The translations under genes were made by a program, and so were the position numbers. Source: Antedon mediterranea (taxonomy: Eukaryota; Animalia; Echinodermata). From it: a stretch of DNA of 64,000 nt. Position 1 is the first letter of the stretch. Each line of letters begins with the position of its first letter. The notes below the pieces were generated by a model. It did not search any database, was not told the origin of the DNA, and saw only the letters and a list, made by a program, of their open reading frames with translations. This document shows, piece by piece, positions 1 to 12,148 of this stretch. The stretch is taken from assembly GCF_964355755.1 (NCBI RefSeq), contig NC_092678.1:13266352-13330351 (forward strand), given 5' to 3'.

Positions 1-188
1 ATCATTTGTTTCAACACACTATCCAACGTCTCCGAAGTAATTTCGTTACACAAGGCAATCAAGCCATACTTTTTCTCCACCTCGTTACAAAGGCGAATAG
101 TACTAAGGAGGATTGGGGAATCCCACACGACTTTCCCTGTTAATTTATATTCAATGTACGATAAAGTTAGTTTTTCCAAATCTGCCAT
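1..188 (-). CDS. 5' part of a compact Bcl-2-family-like ORF (runs off the window edge)
   Basis: Manual translation from ATG at 188: MADLEKLTLSYIEYKLTGKVVWDSPILLSTIRLCNEVEKKYGLIALCNEITSETLDSVLKQM, open to position 1. YIEYKL..W resembles BH4 (Bcl-2 KYIHYKLSQRGYEW); IRLCNEVEKKY resembles BH3. BH1 (NWGR) would lie outside the window. Confidence 0.55.
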   Translation of the reverse strand, partial: MADLEKLTLSYIEYKLTGKVVWDSPILLSTIRLCNEVEKKYGLIALCNEITSETLDSVLKQM

Positions 189-364
189 TTCTCTCTCTAT
201 AAGTACACAGACGTTAATGGAATTGATTTTTAGGTTTTGATATACAATCATTCGTTTACGTAATTATCTTTATAGTAAAATAAATAAATAAATAAATTAA
301 ATAATAACATCTCTAAACAAAGAAAGACCTTCATTAATTAAGAATAATTTAATTATTATGAAAC

Positions 365-659
365 CAGGAAAAGAACGACCTTCATTAGAAACACCTGGTG
401 GAAATTACATAACTAATACAATAACAGGAAAAGAACGACCTTCATTAGAAACACCTGGCGGAAATTACATAACTAATACGATAACAGGAAAAGAACGACC
501 TTCATTAGAAACACCTGGCGGAAGTTACATAACTATTACAATAACAGGAAAAGAACGACCTTCATTAGAAACACCTGGCGGAAATTACATAACTATACGT
601 AATCAGGAAAAGAACGACCTTCATTAGAAACACCTGGCGGAAATTACGTAATCAGGAAA
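365..659. repeat. 60-bp tandem repeat, ~5 copies
   Basis: Unit caggaaaagaacgaccttcattagaaacacctggcggaaattacataactaatac.ataa starts at 365, 425, 485, 545, 604. Confidence 0.97.
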
Positions 660-689
660 TACACCAAGGTCATTTTCTGTCTGAAGTCT

Positions 690-2140
690 CACTTTTACTA
701 CTTAGGATAGAATATCTTCTACAAGCCTTACATTTTCACCTCCAAATCTTTTATTGATATAACCTTTTTGGTCATCATTGACTATGGTGAATATCACTTT
801 TTGAATTCTACATGAGAGAACGTGTGTCATAATTTTATAGTCCACATTTAGTTATGTGATTGGTCTCCAGATTTCAAGTTTTTCTCGTTGTCCGTTTTTG
901 AATATTAAATGTATTATTCCCGTTCTTTGGGTGCTAGTTAATTCATTGTTGTTATAACAATAATTTAATGCGTCGCATAGGCAATATTTAATGTCTTCCC
1001 AAAAACGGCGGTAGAATTCAACAGTTAAGCCATCAGGGCATGGGCTTTTATTGAGGCGCATGCTGAAAATAGCTGCTGTGAGTTCTTCAATTGTCAGAAG
1101 TCCTTCACACATAAGACTGTTTTCATCAGAAAGTTTATTTACTTTTACTTTTTCAAGTATTCATCCGCATTGTGTTCGGGACAATTTGTGTTTGCATACA
1201 GGTTTTTATAGTAATTTTTTTGTTCTATTAGGATTTCTTCACTATCTGTTATACGTTTACCATTATATTTAATAATAGATGTTATATGCTTACGTTTCGC
1301 ATTGTTTTTTTTTAGCCCTATAAAGAATTTACTATTTTTTTCTCCTTGTTCAAACCATTGTACTCTAGAACTAATTTTTGCGCCTTGAGCTTCAATTAAG
1401 TAAATGTTATCTAGGTCGTTTGTTTTTTTGTTTTAATTGTTTGTCTACATTCTCGCTATAGCAAATGTCTAAACAGTTAGTGAGGTCATTGGCTTCTTTT
1501 GTTAACATTTTTTTTGTTTGTGTTTCTTTCTTTTTTTTCCTTGCACAGTATTTCATTGTAAATTCCTTTATTTTCACTTTAAGGTACTCCCATAGCAAGT
1601 CCGGGCTAAGATTTTGATAATTTTGTTTTGTATTTTCTATTATTATGTTTATATTTAAAGCGTAAACTTTATCGTGGAGAACACTATTGTTTATTTTCCA
1701 CATACCTGTCCCTCTCTTTGGTTGATCATCTAATAATTTAATAGAGATTGCTTGTTGATCAGAGAAAATTGAAGGTCTTATATCAGTAGACAGTACGTCC
1801 CCATTTCTAAAAAATGGATTTTGATACACACCAAAAGTCTAGTCTTCTGTATGTGTTTTTACGTCTCCACGTAAACTAAGTTTTAATGTTATGAACTTGC
1901 CTCCATACGTCTATTAATTTGTGTTTATTCATACACTTTTTTAACGTCATTGGAGAATTATCATACCTATGGACACTGTTTCTTTGATCTAATTTTCTTT
2001 CTAAAACGCAGTTCATGTCACCTCCAAGAAGGAGATATTCGTTTTTTTTTGTTACATATTTTATCAATTTTTTTATCAAGTTTTTTTAAGAATAATGCTC
2101 TTTCTTTACAGTTATTTGGAGCATAAATATTAATTACATC
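690..2140 (-). mobile_element. Degenerate L1/Tx1-clade LINE ORF2 fragment (APE endonuclease, linker, RT start)
   Basis: Frameshifted pieces: INIYAPN, LLLGGDMNC, LIDVWR, FSDQQAI, GMWKINNSVL, KSPCPDGLTVEFYRRFW, WRPIT. Confidence 0.9.
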
Positions 2141-3354
2141 ACAGTAACATAGATTGGTATATAGCTAGTTTGAGAAGTATCAGTAATTGCAATGAAACCT
2201 ATTTAAATCTCTTTGTTCACAAATTAATTAATAACTTGTAGAATTGAGAATAATTACCGGGAGACGCTTTTCTTAAGTTATTTTTTTACATTCTTTTTTG
2301 TTTTGTTACGTATCTTTTTTTCTTATTACATTTATACATGTCGAATTATGGTCTACTTTTTGTATAGATTTGTATATCGTTTTTATATTGGTGGTATTAT
2401 GTACTTTCAATCATATACAGTTTCTTCCTCCTTTCTTCTTCTTCTATATTATTCGGTGTACTGAGCTATTGTTTTGTGTGCTTGAAAGGGAATATTCTTA
2501 GAGAAGACATGGACAGAAATACTCGTCAGTAAGTAATTAGGTGGTTTTAGTTCATCTCTGCTAACCTAAGACTTACTGTAGCCTAGGCTAACGCATAAAC
2601 TGTCCAAACCGCCCACCAAGCCCGCGTCTAACAGGGTATGCTAACTAATGTATCAATATAACAGTCACGCTCTTTTAATTACCTTCCCCTTCGTCATTGA
2701 AGAAATATATAGATATATATTTCCTCCATGGTCTACCGTCCTGTTGTGTATAAATTCCTTATTATTTATACAATATACCTTTCTGGCCTTTTGTTATAGT
2801 GTAGTGCGGTGCATAGACAGGAACAGAAGGCAGTGAACACACGCTAAGGGAAGTATTGTAGGCTACTTTATTATAGAATATATTATTTAAATGAAGGAAG
2901 CTCAGATTTTGGTGAGTCATTACGATTGTTATTTTATAATTATGAATGTTATATTAGCTTCTGTGTTATTTTACTTGTTATTTATTAGAATTATGGTAAA
3001 GGCATAATTGGTACGCCTACGATTACACTAGTAACTGTTTAACAGCTTAAGTTTAACAGTGGGCTCGGGAATACAATTTTCAATCTCTTATTTTTAATAT
3101 TGTCTTATAAGAGTGTACTAACTGTAATTGGAAAATGAATGTGAATGCTCAATGTAAGAATAAGTCAAACTTTCCCCAACTAAGTAATTGGTGTTATTCA
3201 AATTATATCAAATTACACACAATGGTAAAAGATATGCCATTTTGTGTGTCCAACTTTACATGACTTACATTAAATAAATATACAATAAAAGCTCATTTAC
3301 GAGAACTGGTCATGTTGATTAATTTTTGGCAATGACCATTACCTCCAAATTCAT

Positions 3355-4480
3355 GGCACAGCGATGTACACAACAATGGCGCCATCTTTTGTCCCTCCAA
3401 CCTAATAAAACACTTGTTCGGCTTAGATACATTGACGACATCTTCATGATCTGGACCCATGGTGAAGAAAATATGGATTCATTTCTTCTGAATATCAATT
3501 CATCCCACCCAACTATCAAATTTACAGCTACTAAATCCATTATAGTAGCGTTGACATTTTGGACACTATAGTGACCATAGAAAATGGTACACTCAAAGCT
3601 GACCTATTCCGTAAACCCACGGATAAACATTTGTACCTGCTACCTAGCAGTTTTCATCCCCGATATTTTATCAAAAACATACCGTACAGTCAAGCATTAC
3701 GAATCAGACGTCTCTGTTCTTCAGATTTAGATTTTCAGAATCGTACAGAAGAACTAACCGGACATCTCCGGAATATAAATTAAAAGAAGAAATACATTGA
3801 AACTGCTATAAAAAAAGCGAAATATATTCCTCGATGTCAGACACTGACGTACAAACCACGTCAGCCAAAATCGACCAGAGTGCCATTGGTCACAACCTAT
3901 CACCTTAGGTTGCCTCCATTACGGGCTATTATTGAGAAACATATCCCATTCTACAGTCCACAGAACGTCTCTGGACTGTTTTTCCTGAACCACACATTAT
4001 TGCATTTCGTAGACCTCCCAACTTTCGTGATATATTAGTAAGATCCAAATTTAACTCTCATGACAGCCAATATTTGGGCAGTCTACTTTACGGTAAATCT
4101 TGCAAAACTTGTTCATTGGTTGACTCTACTGAAAAATTTAAGAAAAAAACTTGCCGCATTTTTCGGATAAGATAATCAATTAATTGTCTAACCAAAAACG
4201 ACATTTATCTTATATACTGTAATATTTGTGGTAAACAGTATGTCGGGGAAACAACAAACACGCTCCGTATGAGAATGACACAACATAGATCAGCTATCAA
4301 AACATTAAAGCTTGATCAACCTGTAGCCGAACATTTTAATTCAGCTGGTCACTCGATTGCAAATTTCAGAGTTATTGCACTAGACCACGATGTCAAATGG
4401 AGCGACAAAACTTACAGAGACAAAGAAAACCACTGGGAATTACTACTTAAATCCACAAAACATGTTGGACACTAAGAATA
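3355..4480 (+). mobile_element. Degenerate Penelope-like element (RT C-half plus GIY-YIG endonuclease)
   Basis: RYIDDIFMIW, HPTIKFT, LFRKPTDKHLYL, NIPYSQALRIRRLCS, then IYLIYCNICGKQYVGET and RMTQHRSAI..PVAEHFN; several stops and frameshifts. Confidence 0.92.
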
Positions 4481-4672
4481 TACTCCCAGATCGGTAAAAT
4501 TACTCCATTGACTACCTACATTTAAGTTTCAATATTAACCACCATTTAAGCTGCTTTTAAGTTTTTTTCCAAAATTGTTTATATCTACCAAACTATCTTC
4601 TTTGTTTTCTACACAATACAATCTACATCCTCTATTCACCAGCATTATGCCTCTATTGTTTTATTTCATTGT

Positions 4673-6400
4673 TATATGAGATCATGTTCCGAATATAAGC
4701 CCTGTTTCTATAATTTGATAGTACTTTTTAGTTATTTTCAGTTCTCCAGTCAGAAATGTGGTAATTTTTTAAAATATGTTTTAAAATATAAACGTTAGTG
4801 ATTTTTTTCTGTGAATACTTTACTTCGTGATTAAGTCTATTATTTTACATGGTGTAGATTGTAGCAAACCGAAACGATATCCATTTTGTGTAATATCATT
4901 AAAATAAGACCACAAAAAAGCACAACTCAATAGGCCTAGCAATAACCAAAATAAAATGACATTACATTGAAAATAGATACATTATTTGTATTATTACCGT
5001 TGGCCTAATAACCATTTTAAACAATCGCATATATTTATTAAAAATGAAATAATACCTATATAGAGTTTAGTATGTTAAGTTCATCATTATTATTATAAGG
5101 AACTATAACATAAACACACCTTGTTTTTTCTATTACTTGCTATATTTACATTAAACCAATTTATAAGGAAACGACTAAAATTTGGAAAATTCAAAGAATT
5201 TCTGTAACCACTAAAACACGTGATAACGTGGGTTCAATATCCTTACGCGAAAGAACATGTTATGATACTTTGATTTCAAAAACAAATTAAATACATTTCA
5301 TCATATAAAAAAAGGGAAAAAAAACAAAAAACATAAACACAATTATTGGTGTGGTGTGATATTTTTTCCCAAATTGTATCCTCCTCCTCGTATTGTTTAT
5401 AAATGGATAATACCATATATGGCTCTGTGGTCTAGTGGTATGATACTCACTCTGTTGCAGGTTGAGTCCCGCCAGAGATAGTTTTTTATAACAATTCAAG
5501 AATACGGAACCGTTTACCAATGAGCCATGCTCGACGCGATTATGAGATCATGTTACGAATATAAGCATTGTTTCTATAATTTGATAGTTTGATAGTACTT
5601 TTTAGATATTTTGAGTTCTCCAGTCAGGAATGTGGGACTTTAAAATGTGTTTTTTAAATATATACGTTAGTGAATGTTTCCTGTGAATACTTTACTGATT
5701 AAGCCTGTTATTTTACACGGTGTAGATTGTAAAAAACCGAAAAGATATCCTTTTTGTGTAATATCATTAAAATAAGACCAACAAAAAAAACACAACTCAA
5801 TATGCCTAGCAATAACCAAAATAAAATGACATTACATTGAAAATAGATACATTATTTTATTATTACTAATTGACCTAATAACCAAATTAGTCAATCGCCT
5901 CTTATATTTGAATGTGTTTTCTTTCATGTTTTGTTGTTTTATAGTTTGTTTATTTATCGTTATCTTTCTGATATGTGTTAATATAATAATGTATTATTTA
6001 TCGACTCTGTTTGACTTGCAAACATATTAATACAAATGAAACAATACCTATATAGAATTTAGTATGTTAACATTTATCATATTATAAGGAACTATAACAT
6101 AAACACACCTTGTTTTTTCTCTTACTTGCTATATTTACATTAAACCAATTTATAAGGAAACGATAAAGGTTTGGAAAATTCTAAGAATTACTGTAACCAC
6201 TAAAACACGTGATATCGTTGGTTCAATATCTTTATGACAAAAAACATGTTATGATACTTTGATTTTAGAAAACAAATTAAATACATTTCATCATATATAA
6301 AAAATGAAAAAAAATAAATAAAAAAACATAAACAAAATTATTGGTGGGGTGTGATATTTTTTCCCAAATTGTATCCTCTTTATTCTTTATAAATGAACAC
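4673..6400. repeat. Diverged direct duplication (~4673-5400 vs ~5541-6400)
   Basis: Both copies begin tatgagatcatgtt.cgaatataagc and share long blocks such as gcaataaccaaaataaaatgacattacattgaaaatagatac and ggaactataacataaacacaccttg. Confidence 0.92.
5421..5476 (+). pseudogene. tRNA-derived (tRNA-Pro-like) SINE head or pseudo-tRNA
   Basis: ggctctgtggtctagtggtatgatactcactc resembles the tRNA-Pro 5' half (A box TGGTCTAGTGG); degenerate B box ggttgagtccc; anticodon arm deleted. Confidence 0.55.
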
Positions 6401-6677
6401 TTAAAAAAGGGCACACGAGTTGCGAAATATAAACAGTTTTGTGTAATAACTACTTAAAAATGATGCAATATTAAAACAAATTATTTCTTTTGATTTCAGT
6501 AAAAGTTAATAATTTCGATATTTTGTCTGTATGGAAAATTAAAATCAGTGATTTTATTATTCCTTTGTATTTAAAAAAAAAATCAATAATTTTTAGGTAT
6601 ATCTGTTGTTTGTTTTCCACTCTTTCTCTTTACTGTCGAGCGCATAGACACATCGTTTATCTGCACTATATACATAT

Positions 6678-6792
6678 ATTTATTATTACTATTGTTGCTG
6701 TTATTGTTGTTATTAGTGTTGTTGTTATTGTTGTTGTTATTGTTTTTATTATTGTTTTTATTATTAGTGTTATTATTATTATTATTATTGTT
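6678..6792. repeat. (ATT/GTT)n microsatellite
   Basis: Run of att/gtt triplets; explains the poly-N and poly-I/V ORFs. Confidence 0.95.
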
Positions 6793-6793
6793 T

Positions 6794-7862
6794 TCATGTT
6801 TTACAAATAATATACCACTAAACACAGTAAAACATTGCGATGCAATACTTTGTTGAAACTATCACCGTCCTAGTCGATTGAAATAATACAGTACATGTAA
6901 CGATACATCACTAAGACGTGTATATGTTTATATAATGTAAACCAATTTGTGAAAACCACCTCTATTCGGGGAAAATCATAAATTCGATTTAATCGTCAAT
7001 AAATATTAAATTATCTAACTCAACTTAATTAGTATGTCTAATGGTTTTCAATTGTTTCTTAGAGCCAATTCATACTTAAGTTGGTTCCTACCCTACCCAC
7101 CAAAATTGTTCTGCGTTTAGGGCATGTGATGTACCTTAGGCCTATCCTCTACTGGTTTTACAACGCTACTCATGCCAGTGAGGGAAGGGTGATGATGTGG
7201 GTGGTTTAATTACAATAATAAAGATTTATACATATTATACGGCGAGTGAAAACGCTAGCTCTTTATCCGTTTAAAAAAAATGTATATCCAACCTCTGCAG
7301 CACAGATTAAAAAAAAAAATGGATCGAATTTCTGTTATGAGTATACAGTACTTGCCTTTACGACGCCTGAGAGAATAGACACTTGTGGAACAGAGATTGG
7401 AATGTTCCATTCATCGCAAATCAATACATTTGTATAATCGTATATTAAATCTATCAAAATAGTATTTTTTAAAAGAAAATCGGCCTGTCTTCAACATTAT
7501 GATGCTGTATTCGAGCTTTTCAACCGGTTTTCAGCCATTAAAAACAATTATCGTAGGAGAAGATAGGAAAATGCGATGCATCCTCGTATTATCGTCTGCG
7601 GGTATTTTTCAAGACGGACATCCATTAGACAGTGTATATCACGATCGAAAAACACCCCTATTTGGGGCAAATCGTTGAACCTAAATTCGTTTTAATCGTC
7701 AATAACTAATTATCGAACTCAATTTGATTAGTAAACAGGGTTACATCATGCGGTTAAAATCAGTACCGAAAGTACGAACGAACTTTATATACCATCGAGT
7801 AAACATTCTAGAAATAACGCGCGATTTACCGAATTTTTCCCTTACGTAAATTTATATATAGA
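6794..7862 (-). mobile_element. 3'-truncated copy of a non-autonomous Helitron
   Basis: Minus-strand 5' end TCTATATATAAATTTACGTAAGGG at 7862; colinear with 10341-11257 and 9316-9454; ends at the microsatellite. Confidence 0.8.
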
Positions 7863-8116
7863 CGTTTAGGTTGTTACTTAACTGATTTTTTTCGGTATAC
7901 ATACTTATATATCTGTTACCTTAATTATTATTTAGGCCGAAGGCATTATGAATGAATAAAATGTAAGATGTTTAAAAAGAAAACAATTATGAATAGTAGG
8001 CCTACAGTATTCGGACAAAAGATAATAAAATGTCAACAATTAAATGACAACTCCATTAATATTCCTAATAAAAAAACAGAAGAAATAAAATTGAGAATAA
8101 TATTTGTTTTACTTAC

Positions 8117-8356
8117 CAACTGATGACACAAGAAATTCATGTTGGTTCGTGACAAATGAATAACGTTCATTAGTATTCTTTCCCAAGTCAGACCAGTATA
8201 ATTTTGATGTGTTAACATCATAATCAACAGCGTAGGGTGCGGTTATTGTAACATGCTGCATTGCTGCAGTAAATCTTAACTCGCTGTCACTGGAACTTAT
8301 ATCTGACATGTACATTCCAGGAGGCTCATATTTATTGACAACAAACATAATATCTC
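8117..8356 (-). CDS. Host exon with YWTD (LDL-receptor class B) beta-propeller repeat
   Basis: AG/GT-bounded 240-nt phase 1-1 open exon: DIMFVVNKYEPPGMYMSDI...PYAVDYDVNTSKLYWSDLGKNTNERYSF. No downstream exons recognised in the window. Confidence 0.75.
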
Positions 8357-8970
8357 CTGTAAAACAAACACTTTTAATTGAATGAACTATCTAAAGAAAA
8401 ATAATGAAACAATTTATCAGCATTCTAATCAAAAAATTAATTAAAAATATTAATTATTGAGAGAATAATGTTTACTGGTTTAATTTAAAAAAAAGGCAAG
8501 ATCCTTATTTTTAATACTTTCTCATACACGATAAATAAAACCCAAGACAAATCATCCAACTCAAAAGTTATATCAACAGTTTTAAATAAGACAACCAAAA
8601 ACGAATCGGTGTAAGATTGCTTAGTCTCGGTCATATTACCGTCTTTTTTCGAATAAACGCCCGACTTTAAACACAAGACAAGGGTTGATTATTTCTTTTC
8701 CATATGCATGTAGGCCTACACACAATACTGTACTGTAACACGTTTGTATTAGTAAATTCCTTGACTTGCATGATGTAGGCTACTATTTATAAACATTGTT
8801 GATTCAGTGTTTAAGGTATTTTGTCACTACTTGATATTAATTGTGTTGTATTTATTTTTTATTTATCTGGGAGAAATGTATGGATTACATATTATCGAAT
8901 AAATACGGCTCAAACATGGCATGGTGTTTTGTATGTGTGTAATGTAAGGGAACATGTATAATTAAATAAA

Positions 8971-11257
8971 CTAGATGGTACGCTCGCTTCGCTCGCGTAC
9001 CATCTAGGTCGTGCCCACAGATGGTTCTCGAATACATAATAATTTTAGAGTTAAAGAACTGGCGATTTCAAATGTACGTACCGCAGGACAATAATACATT
9101 TATGTACTCAACTAAAATTAGCACCCTAGGAATTACTTCCGAAAGAGAAACTTGTCACAAAATGAGACCAATTGTTTAAGTCAAATTTAAACAAACTTAA
9201 TTTGTGTTTTATATGTAACATTAGGGTTGAGGGATGGGGAAGAGGATGGGTGCAAAGAGGAACAATTTTTAAATATATTCCTTTATCCATTTAGTAACGA
9301 AATATTAATTTTTGTCATGTTTTACAAATAATATACCACTAAACACAGTAAAACATTGCGATGTAATACTTGTTGAAACTATCACCGTCCTAGTCGATTG
9401 AAAAGTACAGTACATGTAACGATACATCACTACGACGTGTATATGTTTATATAATCTATATATAAATTTACGTAAGGGCAAAATTCGGTAAATCGCGCCT
9501 TACTTCTATAATTTTTACTCGATGGTATATAAAGTTGGTTCGTACTTTCGGTACTGATTTTAACCACCTGATGTAACCCTGTTTACTAATTAAATTAAGT
9601 TAGATAATTAGTTATTGACGATTAAAACGAATTTAGGTTCAACGATTTGTCCCAAATGGGGGTGTTTTCCGACCGTGGTATACACTGTCTAATGGATGTC
9701 CATCTTGAAAAATACCCGCCACAAAAATGCGAGGAGGCTTCGCATTTTCCTATCTCCTCCTACGATAATTGTTTTTAATAGCTGAAAACCGGTTGAACAG
9801 CTAGAGTACACCATCATAATGTTGAAGACAGGCCGATTTTTTTAAAAAAATACTATTTTGATAGATTTAATATACGATTATACAAATGTATTGATTTGCG
9901 AGGAATGGAACATTCCAATCTCTGTTCCACAAGTGTCTATTCCCTCAGGCGTCGTAAAGGCAAGTACTGTATCCTCATAACAGAAATTCGATCCATTTTT
10001 TTTTTCAATCTGTGCTGCAGAGGTTGGATATAAATTTTGTTTAAACGGATAAAGAGCTAGCGTTTTCACTCGCCGTATATTATGTATAAATCTTTATTAT
10101 TGCAGTTAAACCACCCACATCATCACCCTTCCCTCACTGGCATGAGTAGCGTTGTAAAACCAGTAGAGGATAGGCCTACGGTACATCACATGCCCTAAAC
10201 GCAGAACAACTTTGGTGGGTAGGGTAGGAACCAACTTAAGTATGAATTGGTTCTAGGAAACAATTGAAAACCATTAGGCCTACTAATTAAGTTGAGTTAG
10301 ATAATTTAATATTTATTGACGATTAAATCGAATTTATGATTTGTGAAAACCACCTCTATTCGGGGCAAATCATAAATTCAATTTAATCGTCGATATATAA
10401 AATTATCTAACTCAACTAAATTAGTAGGCCTAATGGTTTTCAATTGTTTCTTAGAGCCAATTCATACTTAAGTTGGTTCCTACCCTACCCACCAAAGTTG
10501 TTGCGTTTAGGGCATGTGATGCACTGTAGGCCTATCCTCTACTGGCTTTACAACGCTACTCATGTCAGTGAGGGATGGGTGATGATGTGGGTGGTTTAAC
10601 TGCAATAATAAATATGTGTACATAAATATACGGCGACTGAAAACGCTAGCTCATTATCCCGCTCATTATCCGTTTAAAAAAATGTATATCCAACCTCTGC
10701 AGCACAGATTGAAAAAAAAATGGATCGAATTTCTGTTATGAGTATACAGTTCTTGCCTTTACGACGCCTGAGGGAATAGAAACTTGTGGAACAGAGATTG
10801 GAATGTTCCATTCATCGCAAATCAATACATTTGTAAAAATGTATATCAAATCTATCAAAATAGCATTTTTTAAAGAAAATCGGCCTGTCTTCAACATTAT
10901 GATGCTGTACTCGAACTGTTCAACCGGTTTTCAGCTATTAAAAACAATTATCGTAGGAGGAGATAGGAAAATGCGAAGTGTCCTCGTATTATTGTGTGCG
11001 GGTATTTTTCAAATTGGACATCCATTAGACAGTGTATACCACGATCGGAAAACACCCCTATTTGGGGCAAATCGTTGAACCTGAATTCGTGTTAATCGTC
11101 AATAACTAATTATCGAATTCAATTTAATTTGTAAACAGGGTTACATCAGGTGGTTAAAATTAGTACAGAAAGTACGAACCAACTTTACATACTATCGAGT
11201 AAACATTCTAGAAATAACGCGTGATTTATTTTGCCCTTACCTAAATTTATATATAGA
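8971..11257 (-). mobile_element. Non-autonomous Helitron containing an inverted copy of its own 5' ~890 bp
   Basis: Minus strand: A|TC start at 11257; 3' hairpin gatggtacgcgagcgaagcgagcgtaccatc ending CTAG|T at 8971; no TSD. 9455-10343 is the reverse complement of 10366-11257. Confidence 0.8.
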
Positions 11258-11647
11258 TACTCCCCACCACTGTGTACGAAAAAATACAACAGAATTATTA
11301 TAAAGAAATGATATAATTAAATCAAAATGTTTGGTAAATTGTAGGTTATGTCAATCAATTAATTGTGCTACAAATAATCATTATGTATGTGTGCATGTAG
11401 CGAGGCGTTTATTCCAGGAAATAAATAAACGCCCGTGGCGTTTGTCCGAGTGGGGTGGGGCGTTTATTCAAGGGGCGTTTATTTCCAACGATGTTATATG
11501 TGGGAAGGCCGTAGGCATTTATTCAAAGCGGGGCGTTTAATCGATTAAATACATGTTACCGTACCATTCCAAAAAAAATAAAATAAAGGAGACACGAATT
11601 TAATATTGCACATGTAACGAATAATCGAATAGAAGAAACTGCCTTAC

Positions 11648-11701
11648 CTGTGCAATATACAATGCATACAAATATAAATACCAGTTGTTTGCGTTTTCCA
11701 T
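11648..11701 (-). CDS. Possible signal-peptide exon of the YWTD gene (frameshifted if real)
   Basis: Strong donor CAG|GTAAGG; the frame KRKQLVFIFVCIVYCTG ends in phase 1 matching the 8356 exon, but the nearby ATG is out of frame with it. Confidence 0.3.
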
Positions 11702-11972
11702 TATGTAGGCCTATCACTATATCCACAAAGGAAGTAAATCTTACATGCCCTATTCAACACTGAACTACAGTACGACTATTATCTGTTATTTATATGCGGA
11801 ATTTACCATAATACATATAACGTTTACTGCGCCTGTGTGGGTTTTTTAAAATAAACCAGTAAACATTTTTTCTCAATAATTAATATTTTAAAATGATTAG
11901 AATGCTAATGTATAATTGTGTCATTTTTTTTTTTATAGATATTTCATTCAATTAAAAGTGTTTGTTTTACAG

Positions 11973-12148
11973 GAGATACTATGTTTGTTGTCAATAACTA
12001 TGATCCTCCTGGAATTTACGTGTCAGATATAAGTTCCAGTAACAACGAGTTAAGATTTACTGCAGCAATGCAGAATGTTAAATTAGTCTAACCCTTCACT
12101 ATTGAATATGATGTTAGCACATCAACATTATACTGGTCTGACTTGGGC
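11973..12148 (+). pseudogene. Inverted paralog of the YWTD exon, truncated and with a nonsense codon
   Basis: DTMFVVNNYDPPGIYVSDISSSNNELRFTAAMQNVKLV*PFTIEYDVSTSTLYWSDLG; TAA at 12089-12091; upstream intron 11853-11972 mirrors 8357-8480. Confidence 0.85.

Noticed and set aside
358-627. 89-aa repetitive ORF / CRISPR-like look
   Set aside because: It is the translation of a 60-bp tandem repeat; no unique spacers, eukaryotic context, no cas genes.
6490-6825. Poly-Asn and hydrophobic ORFs
   Set aside because: Products of the (ATT/GTT)n microsatellite.
7246-10069. Repeated 63-aa ORF (MKTLALYPFK...)
   Set aside because: Non-ATG start, inside non-autonomous Helitron copies, disrupted in the third copy.
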